DNA of 64,000 nucleotides from Bugula neritina (lineage: Eukaryota > Animalia > Bryozoa), in contig OZ037765.1 in NCBI GenBank assembly GCA_964035545.1, positions 7,202,698 through 7,266,697 of the forward strand, written 5' to 3'. A program made the position numbers and the translations under genes. Of the stretch, positions 15,601 through 28,682 are shown piece by piece (position 1 is the stretch's first letter; the number at the start of each line of letters is the position of its first letter). Below the pieces are notes generated by a model. It did no database searches and was not told where the DNA came from. It saw only the letters and a list, made by a program, of their open reading frames with translations.

Positions 15601-17633
15601 ACCATGTCTATATTAAGAAGTGTCTGTCTACAGCATGGAGGCTATCTATTTGTTAGATATGGTGACATAGTACCAAGTACTATACCTGGTAAGCTGGTTG
15701 GCAGTCTATGTTCGCTCAGTGGTGTTCTAGTAATAGCCTTACCAGTGCCTGTCATTGTATCAAACTTTAGCAGAATCTATTCTCAAAGTCAAAGAGCTGA
15801 GAAGCAGAAGATACAAAAGGTACTCAACCATACGGCACTAAGACTTTTGTATCCACCATTCATTGAATATGTTGACCATGTGTGTAATTGTTACAGCTAT
15901 GGTGATATGACACCTAATACATATATGGGTAAAGTATTTGGAGGTATGTGTGCACTCTGTGGGGTGTTGGTCATTGCTTTACCTGTACCGGTAATTGTTT
16001 CCAACTTCACTAGAATACTTGCTCAGAACCACAGACAAGAGCAAGTCAAGTCTCACAAGGTAGTTTCACTGCAGGCGTTGAGTGAACCACGGTTGAAGGA
16101 GTGTGTGTGTGACCTGACATTAACCCCAGCAGTTCTTTCAATTTGCACTTTCACACCTTTGCTAGACATGATTAGATTTAATTGTAAACCAGACTGGCTG
16201 ACTAAAGAAAAATGGTGTAATTTTCTCTAACAGTGAAACACTTGTAACAAGCCTTCTTAAACACAACATTCCACTCACAGCCTATAGATAGTAGGCTCCC
16301 TGGTTGCTAGAACGGTCTTCCCTGGAATATAATTGTTTTGCTACTAGTCAGATAGATACAATATGATACGTTGCAGATGTTGGAGCACAACAATTACTGA
16401 ATGCTTAACTGGATAATTGAGTTAATAAATTACCATAATTATCTAGGTGCTATAACTTTGCTACAGATAATTTTAATGGTATCAACAACACTAACATTGC
16501 TTTATACATTTTATCATAGTTACATAAGTGTTACTTCTTCTGCGTAGAAAATTCGATTAGCTAAAATAAAGATGGCAAAACTGGCAAGCAACCAAGCATT
16601 CCTTAAGGCAAAGAAAGAGCTAGCAAACATGGAGTATGCCAGGGCAAATGGGCTGGAGAAGGAAAGCTTTGACGAAGAGAAAGATGCTTTTGATATGCAA
16701 CATCATCATCTTTTAACATGTTTAGAGGAAACAACAGTAGGTTCAATAGATTAGGAATACTATGTGGAAATTTTGCATTAATGAGCGTATATAAAAATGG
16801 AATGATAACTCCTTAACGATTATTTTAGGGACATGAGTTTACAATGGCTGCTTCCATACCAAATGAGAACAAATTTATGCAGCCTCCACTTTCTACCACA
16901 CCTCTAATGTCCTGCAATGGCTCTCTCACTTCCGTAGACACGTCTTGTTGCTGCAAAACTAGACGTAATAAATCCCAGGTATATCTAATAATCAATTGTG
17001 AGTCGTTGTAAATTATAGCTAATTTCTTCAAGATATTTGTTTATAAGCTAAATGAGGTGCACAATGATGTAGTCTTTGTTAATCGACTTGCACATATAAC
17101 TTTTAGTTCAGCATTGGCACGTTAAAAAGCAGATTTATATAATAGTTTATGTTTGCATTTGATTGAAACTTTGATTCAAATTAAATTTGGTATGTTAATA
17201 TAAAATTGTAGCCAATAATTGTCTACACTGATATATCATTGTGTTTAAAGATAATATACTTTTATATACATACTTTTGAACAATCAACCAATAATTTTCT
17301 AGCCGCATCGCCCTGCTTAGCTCCTGATATTTATGATTTGATAAGGCAACTATTGTTGAAGAGTGGCAATATATTACTTTTTAGATCCGTCACTTAAAAA
17401 CACATCAAGGTGATAATGGAATTTCTCTAATACACACCATCAACAACAATCTCAAACAGAGCAATTTAAGAGATGAAAAACTATCCTCTACCACAGATAT
17501 CCATATCACGCTGGATGAGAAAGAAGGAGATTACCATGGCAACCATCTGTACCAAACTGACCAAAACCAGCCTTATAAGGTAATAGAGCTGACCGACAAT
17601 GGTGGACCTTCGCATACATTCACGATGCTATGA
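12677..17633 (+). CDS. Shal: Voltage-gated K+ channel Shal/Kv4 (KCND family). Exons: 12677-13785, then 15657-15819 OR 15897-16059, 16548-16736, 16829-16978, 17385-17633
   Basis: Kv4 N-terminus [16 protein letters not shown]1 domain [11 protein letters not shown]4 [15 protein letters not shown], pore TMTTLGYGD, S6 PVPVIVSNF and C-terminal [13 protein letters not shown]. The predicted end ...FTML* resembles a class I PDZ ligand. The last exon is less certain. Confidence 0.95.
15657..15819 (+). CDS. Shal: Kv4 alternative pore/S6 exon A (163 nt)
   Basis: tgttag|a tat ggt gac...caaaag|gtactc; encodes [54 protein letters not shown]. Confidence 0.9.
15897..16059 (+). CDS. Shal: Kv4 alternative pore/S6 exon B (163 nt)
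   Basis: ttacag|c tat ggt gat...cacaag|gtagtt; encodes [54 protein letters not shown]. Confidence 0.85.
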
Positions 17634-17972
17634 AAACTCATGAGATCTGAAAGATACAACTTATTTTATATTTTAACTTTTGTACTTTTCAATAGAATAA
17701 ACAACATTTTATTCATACATTTAATTTATATTTATTCTTGGCTGGTTTCATTTATATTAAACATACACAGCACTAGTATAGATTATATTCTCTCAAAGAT
17801 TATGTCTCATGAGATTAGAAATCAATATTAGCTTTTAAATTGGTTGCAAAAAATATATACTTATCTTAATTTTCTGAAATTCAATATTTATTAAATCCAA
17901 TCTATATATTGTTTAACAACAATCTATTCATATACAGATCTGCACAAAAGTAAACCTAAAAAGTTTGGTATG

Positions 17973-20900
17973 TCATAAAAACCTAGAAATTACAGCAGCT
18001 AACCCAACCGCTGCAAATCCAAATACTGCAGTTTTTATTATTTTATGTTCTATGCTATCTAATTTATGGTCAATTAGCGCAAGGATTTCAGTTTGTGTGT
18101 CAACATTGTTGTTGAAGCTGAAGTTAGAAGAGTCTGGTTCAGCTAACAGTTGTTTGTTTATTTCGTCAACACATGACTCAATGCTATCTAGTCTGTCGAC
18201 AACTAGCAAACTACTTGACTCTTTTGAAGTCACAAGATTCTTGAGTTCTCTCATTCTAAATCTGTTGTTTAAAGTTGTACCTGCAAATAGAAGCTCCAAA
18301 AGTAATAGCATCAAAATCTAAAGGTAATATTCACCTTTACTATTGACATGATAGGTGATGCAAGGTACAGCTGGAATTAGTGTCCAGGTAGATTAGATTA
18401 TAGAGCTAAATTGTCATCAACAGATAGGAAAAATAACTACTGCCACATACAATATAGCAGCACAAGCTTTAACTATTCATATGCCTTCCACAGTTTACCA
18501 TTTCAATAGCATATCAGCCAATAAGGATTCACTATACATACACAACTAATTATAGCCACATTATTTACTTTACAGAAAGCATTCTCTATGGAATAGCTAA
18601 AATATAAATATTGACATTTTAAGTGCCAACGAACTATTGTGGGAAATTGATAATTGTATGTGTTTGATAGAATTTCATCAGGAAATGAACATATCGCAAT
18701 TTCAGCAAACTCTAAGCACAATACACAACTTCATGTGAATCAATTAGTAGCTTTAGATTAAAGCAGTTTTTTGCTAATTAAATTCAAAGCGCAGTACTGA
18801 CTGATACACATGTACTAATTCATTAACAAGTTTTACCAAAAATTAAATTTCTGATAAAAATTATGATATGGCACTTCTTAAGCATGATAATACTATTAAA
18901 CCACACATTGTATGTTTTACTAACTCAACGAATCTGCTATAATTACATGCTAACCATTAATGAAATAAATTATCAGCTTAAAGCAAAAACATGATAACGT
19001 ACAAACGATAGATTAAAATTTGTTGTATTGATTTAAATTCACAAATTAATAAATGAACTCAGAAAAACTTTATAAAGTTTACAATACAACTAGATAAACT
19101 GTAACCTTCACAGGCCTGCTATCTGCATATTTCAAGTTTATTACTCCAGTGAGTGTACAGCATTATACTGTGTTTAAACTAGTATTACTTCTCACCTAGA
19201 CAACTAAATAACAAACCTAATATACCGATACAGGCTCCTAAAACGGAACCAGCGACAGACCAATATTTTGTTTTCTCTGCCTGTGCACTTTCCTTTTCGT
19301 GAGAATCCCTCAGGGCAGTAGATAGCAGCATAAACTGCTGTCTCTCCTTATTTTCCAGCTCTTCAACCTGCATAGCAGAAGTTGTATTCATCACTCATAA
19401 CCTTAAATGTCAGAATCGGGTGAGGACAATTCCCAAGATAAATCTCGCTAATTAAAACGCTAAAATAACACCAGTGATTAGTACATCATCATCCTGAAGG
19501 ACAACAATTACTCAGCTATGTTAATTTGAAACTAAATACAAGACAAGGCAAATCATAGATTTGCTGAAAACTAACATAAAATATTATTAATGTAAAAAGA
19601 GAATATAGTAAATATTATTGACTGCAGATATTTGTAACTTAATAAGTGTACAGGGTTTGACCCCCCCCCCGCCAGGATATGTATAGAATTTTTTTAGATT
19701 TTAAAATTGTGATTAAAAACTTTTTATTAGTGTTATGCTAAATTGATACATGTAGTACTTTTCATTATCACTGCCTGTATCAACTAAGTATGAAAATGAT
19801 AGCAATAAAAATTTTGAATCAAAATTTTAAACATCATCTAATTTTATTTTCTTGCTCTATTCATATAGGCCAATCTATGGGTCAACTCTGCAAAAGTTGT
19901 ACATACTAGGAACTAACAACTACACTTGGTTAAACTTGACAACACCAATAATTTCCCATTTCATCTCACCTCATTACTTAAAACTTGCTCTCCTTTTATT
20001 ACAGAATGCTCCTCTGTCAGCAACTGCAAATACCTGTCATCAGTTCTCGGTATTTTTTCTAACTCTGAGTTCAATTTTTTCAATCTGTTTATAAACAAAT
20101 ACCGAATAAATGAGTTATTTACTATCGCATATTTGATAGAAAATTTTTAGTTTCTCAAATCGCAATAGTGTTACCTTTTATGAATTTGAGATAAATTTTG
20201 TTGCTTTGTTCTACGTTCTTCCTGAACCTGCAGGAAATCTGCTTCTGCCTTCAAAAATTAGCAATCGTATTATATTTATTGATAGTTAAACTTCGTCATG
20301 AACAATTTACCTACCAAACTCATGTCTACTCAGCAACAGTAGTATTCCATTATTTGATTAAAAAATATTTCGAGTACTAATACTATAAGATTTGCTATGC
20401 ATTAGCAAAAACACAATGGCATAGGAGAAAATATGAATGAGTGGATAATATCAACTTTGACCAGCATTGTTAAGAACTGGTTAAAAAATCCAAAACTAGA
20501 AAAACGCAAGGGTAAACATAATCATACTCTGCAGGAGAATAGAGGCCAACAGTCAACATTTCTCAAATAGGACCCAACATCGAAAATTGAAATTGGACGA
20601 TATACAAGAACTTAAGGTATTTTGATTAAAAAAGTAACAAACATATAACAATATTTATAATGATGAAGGAGGCAAAGTTTCAAGAAAGTTTGACAGTGAA
20701 TCATCATCCTAACATACAAAAATGGTATGCAAATCGGTTAATCACCTCAATAACATGTTTCTGTGCTTGTTTAACAACAGTTAGTCCCACAAAATCTTCA
20801 TATGCTCTCATCAGTTTTTGAAGCCTATTAACTACTGACAAGTCCAATGATGTAGTTGTAGTACTAGCACTACTAGTAGAGTAATACTTATATTCTTGCC

Positions 20901-20994
20901 CAAAAAAACTCGCATTCGGCTTTAGTTTTGCAATAGATTGAGATTTATTTAAAACTAGATTTACAAAAGCAGAATGAATGTTTAACCATCTCAT
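17973..20994 (-). CDS. CCDC51: CCDC51 / mitochondrial potassium channel MITOK homolog. Exons: 20994-20746, 20248-20175, 20084-19970, 19367-19217, 18280-17973
   Basis: Basic presequence-like N-terminus, YEDFVGLTVVKQAQKHV, R.DDRYLQLLTEEH, ALRDSHEKESAQAEKTKYWSVAGSVLGA.IGILGTTLNNRFRMRELK, and a C-terminal TM helix. Phases are consistent. Confidence 0.88.
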
Positions 20995-23042
20995 TTTTTA
21001 TTTTAAACAGCTTCAAATTGATTTGACTGTTTATGTTATAAATTAACAAATAAATTTAAATTATCAATATCAATATGAATATGCAGATTGAAAATCAATA
21101 TGAAATTGAATGTAAAATTAAATATTCACATTGAATTTGATATTCACTTTCACTTTCAGTTGACTGATAGTGATACTGATTGACATTATTTTGAATTTAT
21201 AATAATAATACCAATAGAATTTTCACTTATTACTGTAGCTAAAGTATTTCAAATTATCAATGTTGATATAAAGTCAATTAGTAATGCAATTTATGCTAAT
21301 CTGGTAAAAAAATTCATGGGCATGGGCAAGATTAGGGTGTCTGTCACCAGACCTAGATTGATGTGAATTTTAATAGGAAATTAGTAAGAGTGTAAATTAA
21401 GGAGCTCGCTAGTCTCAATTACAAAAGACTAATTTTCAAACACGAAATTTATAATAATTATCCGACATAATAGTTGCAACAACCGGCGTGTAATTAGATA
21501 TTAAAAAGACAACTCTTAAGATGTTAGCCTCTTTTTAAAAGTTACTTTGCTGTTGAGTTTGACACCAACTAAAGTATTGTAATATCAAAACACTGAATGA
21601 ATGCTTATAATTATTAATTTAAATAAACGCTATATAGATCATGCCTAAATCAAAAGCAAGCAAACATACATCAGTTACATGTAAAAGGCTTCCTAGTCAA
21701 CCAAGAGGCCTAAGAATTTTATTTGTTATTGATTGCTACGAAATTGCTACTGGTACGTTATGGAATTGAAATTGCCAAAAAACGTTAAATTGTAAATTGT
21801 AGCATATATAAAATAGCTTTGCCAGCTAAAAAGTAAATTTATGTGATCACTGCATGATCAGCTTATTCTTCAATTGTTGTTATATCTAGCAGATAGTTGA
21901 TAGCTTTTTGGAACATCTAGAATTTTGAAAATAAAACAAAGGTTTTATTGTCTTATTACATTACTACCTTTATTACCTTATTTTCAAATGCTCTTTTGCC
22001 TTTGGAACTCTTGGTAAATATTTTGCAGTTTGATAATGCATATAATATATGTTATAAAATATTAGTTAAAGTACTATGAGCATGGATATGAAACTAAAAC
22101 TAGCTGTCATAACATTTTAGCTCATAATATGATTGTGGGAAGTTTAGAATAATAAATGCTGCTTTGAAGCTTTAAAAGAAGTTGTGGTTTAGTAATCAAA
22201 ATGGAGGGCCTAAAAATCGCATAGGTTATAGAGGTCATAGGTCATAGAGTGGTTACAGATGTCAGGAAAAACATTCATTCATAATTGCTTCTGTGCTCCA
22301 AACATCAGCCCTCTCATAATAGAATGAAGTAAGCCTGCAAGGTAAAGGCCACAGCCGGCTTAAAGAGATGGATATTTTAAACAAAAAAGAGTGCCTTTAG
22401 ATCATCGATTGACACAAAAATTAATTAGAGATATAAGCTGGTTTCTAAGGAAACCAAATTGGTGTAATAAGTAAATTGAGAAAATCTAAACACCAAGGAA
22501 AATAAATAAAGTTTATTTTTGATGACTGTAGAGCTTAAAGTGTTGAAGTAACTGCAGTAGTGAAGAAATTGAAAAGAGACCTTCGCTTGATATTAAAAAT
22601 GTAGCAAAAGCAGTTATGTTCTTGCAAGAATTTTAACCTGTGCCAAACCAAAATTTATTAAGAAAATTAAAGAACTTAGGCTAATAGAATTTCTTCACTA
22701 CCTCAGCTATATAAATGAAGACTCAAGCATTTCAAAACTTCTTTGGCTGCTGTTTAATATTTAAATAATGAGATGGGTTATTGATTTTGTTATCAAATGT
22801 AATCCTATGTCACTGAATACAATATAGTAATGAATATTAATGTGCTCTTCATTTTAGAACAATAAAGCAACTTGATTATTAACATATACAACTTCACACC
22901 ATCCTCCACTCTACCACAAAGTATTTCAGGTTATAAACAACTAACTCTGTTGTCATCTCGACCCTCATGAAGTGATTTCTTTTATTAAAATGTCCTGAAG
23001 AATGTGACAATGTTTTGCTGTCCTTTGGCAGGTTTTCTAAAG

Positions 23043-26000
23043 CTATGCACTTTCAACACTACCTGCACCAATATCTCCAAAAAACTGCCAGGTTCTATGG
23101 CTTTGCTTAATACTATTCAAGACATACTGCTGAATAGTCCTGACTTGTGGTGTTGGCCAATTTCCTGACTCATCTCTATTTATTATCTGAGTCATGAGGC
23201 GTCTAATTCCTCGGAATCTTAATATATAACCGGCAGCATCGTTAAGGTGCCCTGAAACGTCTAGAGTATCGTCATCCCGCAAAAGGATGCCACAAGGATA
23301 AAAGAAAGGTTTCAAAATAGTCTGATTGCGTATAATGGGAGAAGAGTTTATCCAAACCGGATCATAATCTATATTTCTACTAACATATACTATTCGCCAA
23401 GGTTCCACTGACATTACTATAATGTTGGAGTTGTATACACTATAGTTGACATGAGGGTATTTGGTCACTACGACGTTATGTCCGACACTAATGTAGTAGG
23501 GGTACTTGTAAAGAACCCAGGGAGTGCCACCTCTCAAATGATCACTTGAATATACAAAAGGGTGTCTAGATGATTCCGCCTGTTGGTAGACAAACTCACA
23601 TGCAGCAGTGGCGGTATTGCATTTCATGACCTTCAAAGGGTCAAGGCTGTATGTGTAGTATAACTGTCCATTGAGATCTAAAGGGATCCAGTTGATCTCT
23701 GTTCTGAGGAGATTGCCATCTAGTTTCAGTTTCATTTTTATGTGTCTGTCCATATCGTAAAGGTGTAATCTACCAGTCATACGGTGGTTGTACGTTGAGT
23801 CAACCAGCCAAGTATGAAATGATAGATAAGTCTCATTTCCAACTGTGAAAAGTCTAAAAGAAAATACAAATTATTCTAGTTTTGCACAACATGGCAGCAG
23901 CTGGCACAACTCTCTGTTCTAAAGACATGTGCTCTTTGAACTTATTAACATATTATTTGTAATGAATACAAAAGATTTAGGAACAAACATAGAAAATCAA
24001 GCAAAAGTTAAAAAAATATTGACTATTTATTTGTACCTGCTAATATTTTATTAATTTAGAGCAAAAACATATGCATTAGCAGCTAAATTGTGAAAAATAA
24101 CAAAAGGCTAGAGATATCGATTGTGTACTAAATCAAGTAAAAAGACCCATGATCATAATTTTGGCACAGACAATTTCTACAGATGATGACAAATAGTGTA
24201 GCATATTAAACTCTCAGAGTACGCCTAGGGCCACACTGTGCGCATTTTCGCATGCGAACATTTAAACCACGAGTAGCAAAGGTGTCCACTGTATGCGTTG
24301 AGAAAACATTCGCACTTGTCGCTCAGTTTTTGAGCGCAAGTGCGAATCGTCTCTGTCGTCGTCACCTGGTAGTTATTTAACGAGCCCAATTCTTTTATTT
24401 TAGTGCTATATTCCAGTAAATTGCGTTTTATTAAAAGCAAGTGTGATTTTAAAATGACGGTTTTATTTATCACGCATCGCTGACGCTACAGTGGACACCT
24501 TTGCTACCCGTGGTTTCAATTTTCGCATGCGAAAATACGCACAGTGTGGCCCTAGGCTAATAAATATAATGCACATCATATTTTCAAGGTTCACCTGGGG
24601 TCCATTGGTCCGTCACTTTTATATGTATAGGCAGCATTAGTAGTAGTTGGAATACCCATGATGCTGCCTGCGTCTATTTGATTGTACTCTTCATCCAGAT
24701 GCAACTGATAGAGGTAGTTCTCCTGCCATGTGTTCTTCCACGCATACACCATGTCATGCATATTTTTACCTGCAGTTGCATAATAAAACAGCAAGTGAAT
24801 CTGACATTACAAAGTGTACGATATAGTATAAATATATTCTATGATTAGTTTAGCAATTTATGCCGGATTGCTAGGTGATAATTCATGCGAATTTATAGGA
24901 GGAGGCAATTTCTACAGGTTGCCTTTCTATTTTGTTCTATACTTTACTGTGTATTAGGGTGTGTTACTTTAACTTTAACTTATTTAATAATGATTAAGGT
25001 TTATAAAAGTAAAAAGATAAAAAGTAGACGAGATGAACAAAATATAGTAACCATACTTCTAGTAATAGGTCCATGATCACTTACAGAGTCTAATTAAAGT
25101 GATTAGGCGCTTCAAAATATCATAAACTGAATTTGCACTTTAAATACATTTGAATAATGATCTGTTCTTTAAAATAGAAACAAACATAATTTTGATTATG
25201 CAAAATGATCAATGCTGCATGGAAGGGTGGATTTCAGTTATTCTCCATTTTCTAGTAGCTATAAATTATGCTGATAAGTAATTTACTGTAATAAAGATGT
25301 TATATTAAGCTAATAAAACGGATCATTAACTGTCATTAACAAACAATTACCTTATTTTAACTACTATTATTTCAGAGCCACCTATAATAATTATTGTAGT
25401 ATCAATTGTTACAAAGACTGAGGTAGCAGTATAGTATGCTGCACTAGGCTGTATTTGGTGACACAATAGTCATTGCTAAATGGAGATTATATAGCCAGTT
25501 ACAGTTTACTGTGCTACTGGAATTCTGGTTTAGCAAAAGATCAAACTTATTTACAATCTCTGTAACCTGATAATAAGGTAATGAACTTCGCAGTGAATTT
25601 GAAATGAAGTCCTTTTAACAATATAATTCTTGCGTTTGCCGTGATAAACCAGCGCCTCTATCAACTTGAACCGCATTAGTCCTGAATATTCTACACTGAG
25701 ACACATAATATGTAATAATCTCAACTTCTACTAATGCTGCTTATATAAATAACAATATAGAAAAAACTTTCAGCTCTAATAGTAAACGTACCATGCCATT
25801 TTTATGTTTTTATGGTGTGAATTTTCCACATTGTGTTTTCAGCCTTAGAAAAAAAGTAAGATTAAGGCTACGCAATGACTATAAAATTAGTTAGCATGAA
25901 ATCCAAAGTGCTGCAGTCTTTCTGTGCAGCACTAACACCCACCCTTAAATAATAACATACTCACCAGCTTTTTTATATTGTGTAGACAACTTCTCATACT

Positions 26001-27319
26001 GTGCCAACCATATTCTCTGAACAACTTCAACTCTACCGTTTCTTCTTACCATGGCCGGGAGAGTTGCATAGAACATGCACTCCTTGTACTCATCGTTGAA
26101 TATTTTTCTTACATGCTCCTCAACAGAAGGTGAGAATGACTTAACCTGCATATGTATGTAAGCTAAATAAAAGTTGCTACAGAAAACATCTTAAATCTTT
26201 AACAGCAAGGGAGCCCAGCATTTGATCAAAAACATAATAATCATTATATATTAAAGTGAAACCTTGATAACTGATTTTTAGATTTTAACAAAATTTAGAG
26301 TAACACACCCTGATCATAGAATATAGTTATACTATATTATACACTTTGCTATGAAGATTTTAATGTGATTAAACTAGATATAAATATAAATATTTCCACA
26401 AGTGATACTTCCTAAATGAAGCAGTTACATATCTGCCTTCACACAATGATGACCGTTTATAATATATATTATACTATTACTATAAGTTATGCATTGCAGT
26501 GTTTTAACATTTCCTAAGCAACTTCACAACATTTTAAGCTTTTAACTATCATTTCTTTACATCTTGTAAGAATCTAAAACTAAATGCAGGTAGTATTAAG
26601 GAAGGCAAATATTAAAATAATAAAGGTAACATATTTTATATTCAAGCAAATAATATATAAACATAGTAATGTGCAAGTATAACTGTACAAGCTAATGCAA
26701 TAATATTTCTATTGTTCTACAAGAAAGGGGGATTACGGTAGGCTAATCAACTGGTACTTAACACTTGTGAAGTACTTGGGCTAACTGAGGTGCAGGTGGA
26801 CCCTCTTGTTGTTACATAACTCAGCTTATGCAATATCCTTAATCTAGGCAGATAATCCTTTGCTAACTAGTAGCTTCTAATTAACCAGCATTATCATTTC
26901 TTCTTTTAAAACAATACACAAAATGTTTAACCTTTTAACCTTAAATTTGAATTTCTGTTTATAAACGTAAACTTATAATGACTCACCACTGAAATAGTGA
27001 TTCTCACGTCAAACTCTTCTTTACTGTAGTTTTGGTTGATTCTAGTTATATTAGTAAATACTAATCCTCTCAATACAGATTTTCTCTTATTTAATCCATC
27101 TGCTAATTGATGATTTGAAATGTTAGCAGTAGTTATGGCAGCAGTATTCGATGCCGAAGAAAATTTCTCTGTTTCAAGTTGTAGATAATTGCCACCATTA
27201 AATCGTCCAAAGCTGAAGTCTTTTACCAGAGTCACACTGGATAAACCGAGTAAAAGATATACACCAATTGTCAGCAGCAATGCTACTTGTAAATATCGAT
27301 GCTTTCTTATAGGCTTCAT
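23043..27319 (-). CDS. Uncharacterised type II membrane protein with a probable five-bladed beta-propeller glycan-processing domain. Exons approx. 27319-26987, 26145-25965, 24769-24595, 23853-23043
   Basis: Short basic N-tail plus TM (MKPIRKHRYLQVALLLTIGVYLLLGL), stem with N-glycosylation sequons, motifs GPMDPRLF, EINWIPL, YSLDPLKV and HLRGGTP. Four ORF-track fragments splice in frame. Confidence 0.75.
24223..24557. mobile_element. PIF/Harbinger-like MITE with ~75-bp terminal inverted repeats
   Basis: gcctagggccacactgtgcg...ggtgtccactgta and tacagtggacacc...cgcacagtgtggccctaggc; flanks tac/taa (3-bp TSD, 1 mismatch). Intronic. Confidence 0.8.
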
Positions 27320-28560
27320 AACTAGTAATGACGGTAAGTTACATAATGAAGGGTTTTTACTGGTTACCTTACAAAATAAATCTGGTTGTAACAAAACCAA
27401 CTATTAGCCAATAGACATTGTTACTCTGGTTCACTGGATTAGACAATCAGTAAAATGGTTAAAAGCAAACATAATGGTATAAGCCAGTGCATATACTGCA
27501 TGGGCAATTAGCTAAACGAGGTGTGCCATGAACACGTATAGTCATCATGCACCAGTAATCTGCAAACCACTACATTTAACTTCCACATGGTAAGGAACCT
27601 TCAGTACAATGATATAGTACAAAAATATATAACTACTAATTCACCTCAAGTCAGGTTATCTTTAGAATTCAGTGAGTAAAGTTGACTGTAGATTTCCAGC
27701 TTGTTATTAGATAGTTTTGTTGCTATAGTGAGTACTTATAGTATGAAAACTTGTCTGGTTTTTGAAAACAAACATTTTAAACCTAAAAATGTCGTTCTAC
27801 AACTGTGAAGTCTATGCTCAACAAACAGCTACATCTTTTTACACACAGATTGTAACCTGTAGGTTAATTCACCAAACCCTGATAATAAATTCATCAAACT
27901 TAGACACATGCAGACCAACTTTTGCATTTGAAAACGTATTAATTACTGATTCCATACAATATATTACATGTCAGAGTCATTTCTTATGCTATTCACATAG
28001 TAATCCTATGTTTATAACTTATACTCTATTAATACAACTTTGGTAACCCATGAATTTACAAAAGCATACAACATTTTCAGCCTAGTTATAAATTTATGAA
28101 AAATGCAGTGCATGCAAGGCAGTTTTTTAAAAAAGCATAATGTGTTCTGCCTTTTAATATAAATTCTTCAAAACATAGTAGTGTTGACAACAAACAGACG
28201 CCAATTGCCTTATATAAATTGACTTGCAAAAAATTGATCATTAAAATTCAATATAATATCATTAGAACAGTTTACATGGAAGTTCACTCCCCTTTTATCT
28301 GCCTCACGTAGCAACACAGAAAATAATCATTTTTTTTCAATACTTTTGCTTGAACTATTTGTTTATAAAACCATTTTCTTAGTTTAAAGCAAAAGTGCAG
28401 CTAAAAAACTAATTAAAACCTGCAAATCATTAAAATCTGAGCACAACACGAGAGCATAACATTTATACTTACGAAAGTCGTAGGTACTACATTTTCTGAA
28501 TAGAACTTCAATATGTATCTGATAATATTAGACCACCAATAAAACTACCAAGTGTCAGTA

Positions 28561-28682
28561 TCTAAGTATATACTACTACATTAAGTATCAACATGTCATA
28601 ATATTAAGTATCAACATATGATAATACTAAGTATCAACATGTGACAATACTAAGTATCAATATGTGACAATATGTGACAATA
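28561..28682. repeat. Minisatellite, ~23-bp unit (taagtatcaacatgtgacaatac)
   Basis: 4-5 degenerate tandem copies. Confidence 0.75.

Noticed and set aside
15604-16230. 208-aa ORF as a separate two-pore channel gene
   Set aside because: Better explained as two alternative Kv4 exons plus flanking intron sequence.
12677-20994. Functional K+-channel cluster (Kv4 next to MITOK)
   Set aside because: The proteins are unrelated and act in different compartments; adjacency alone is not evidence.
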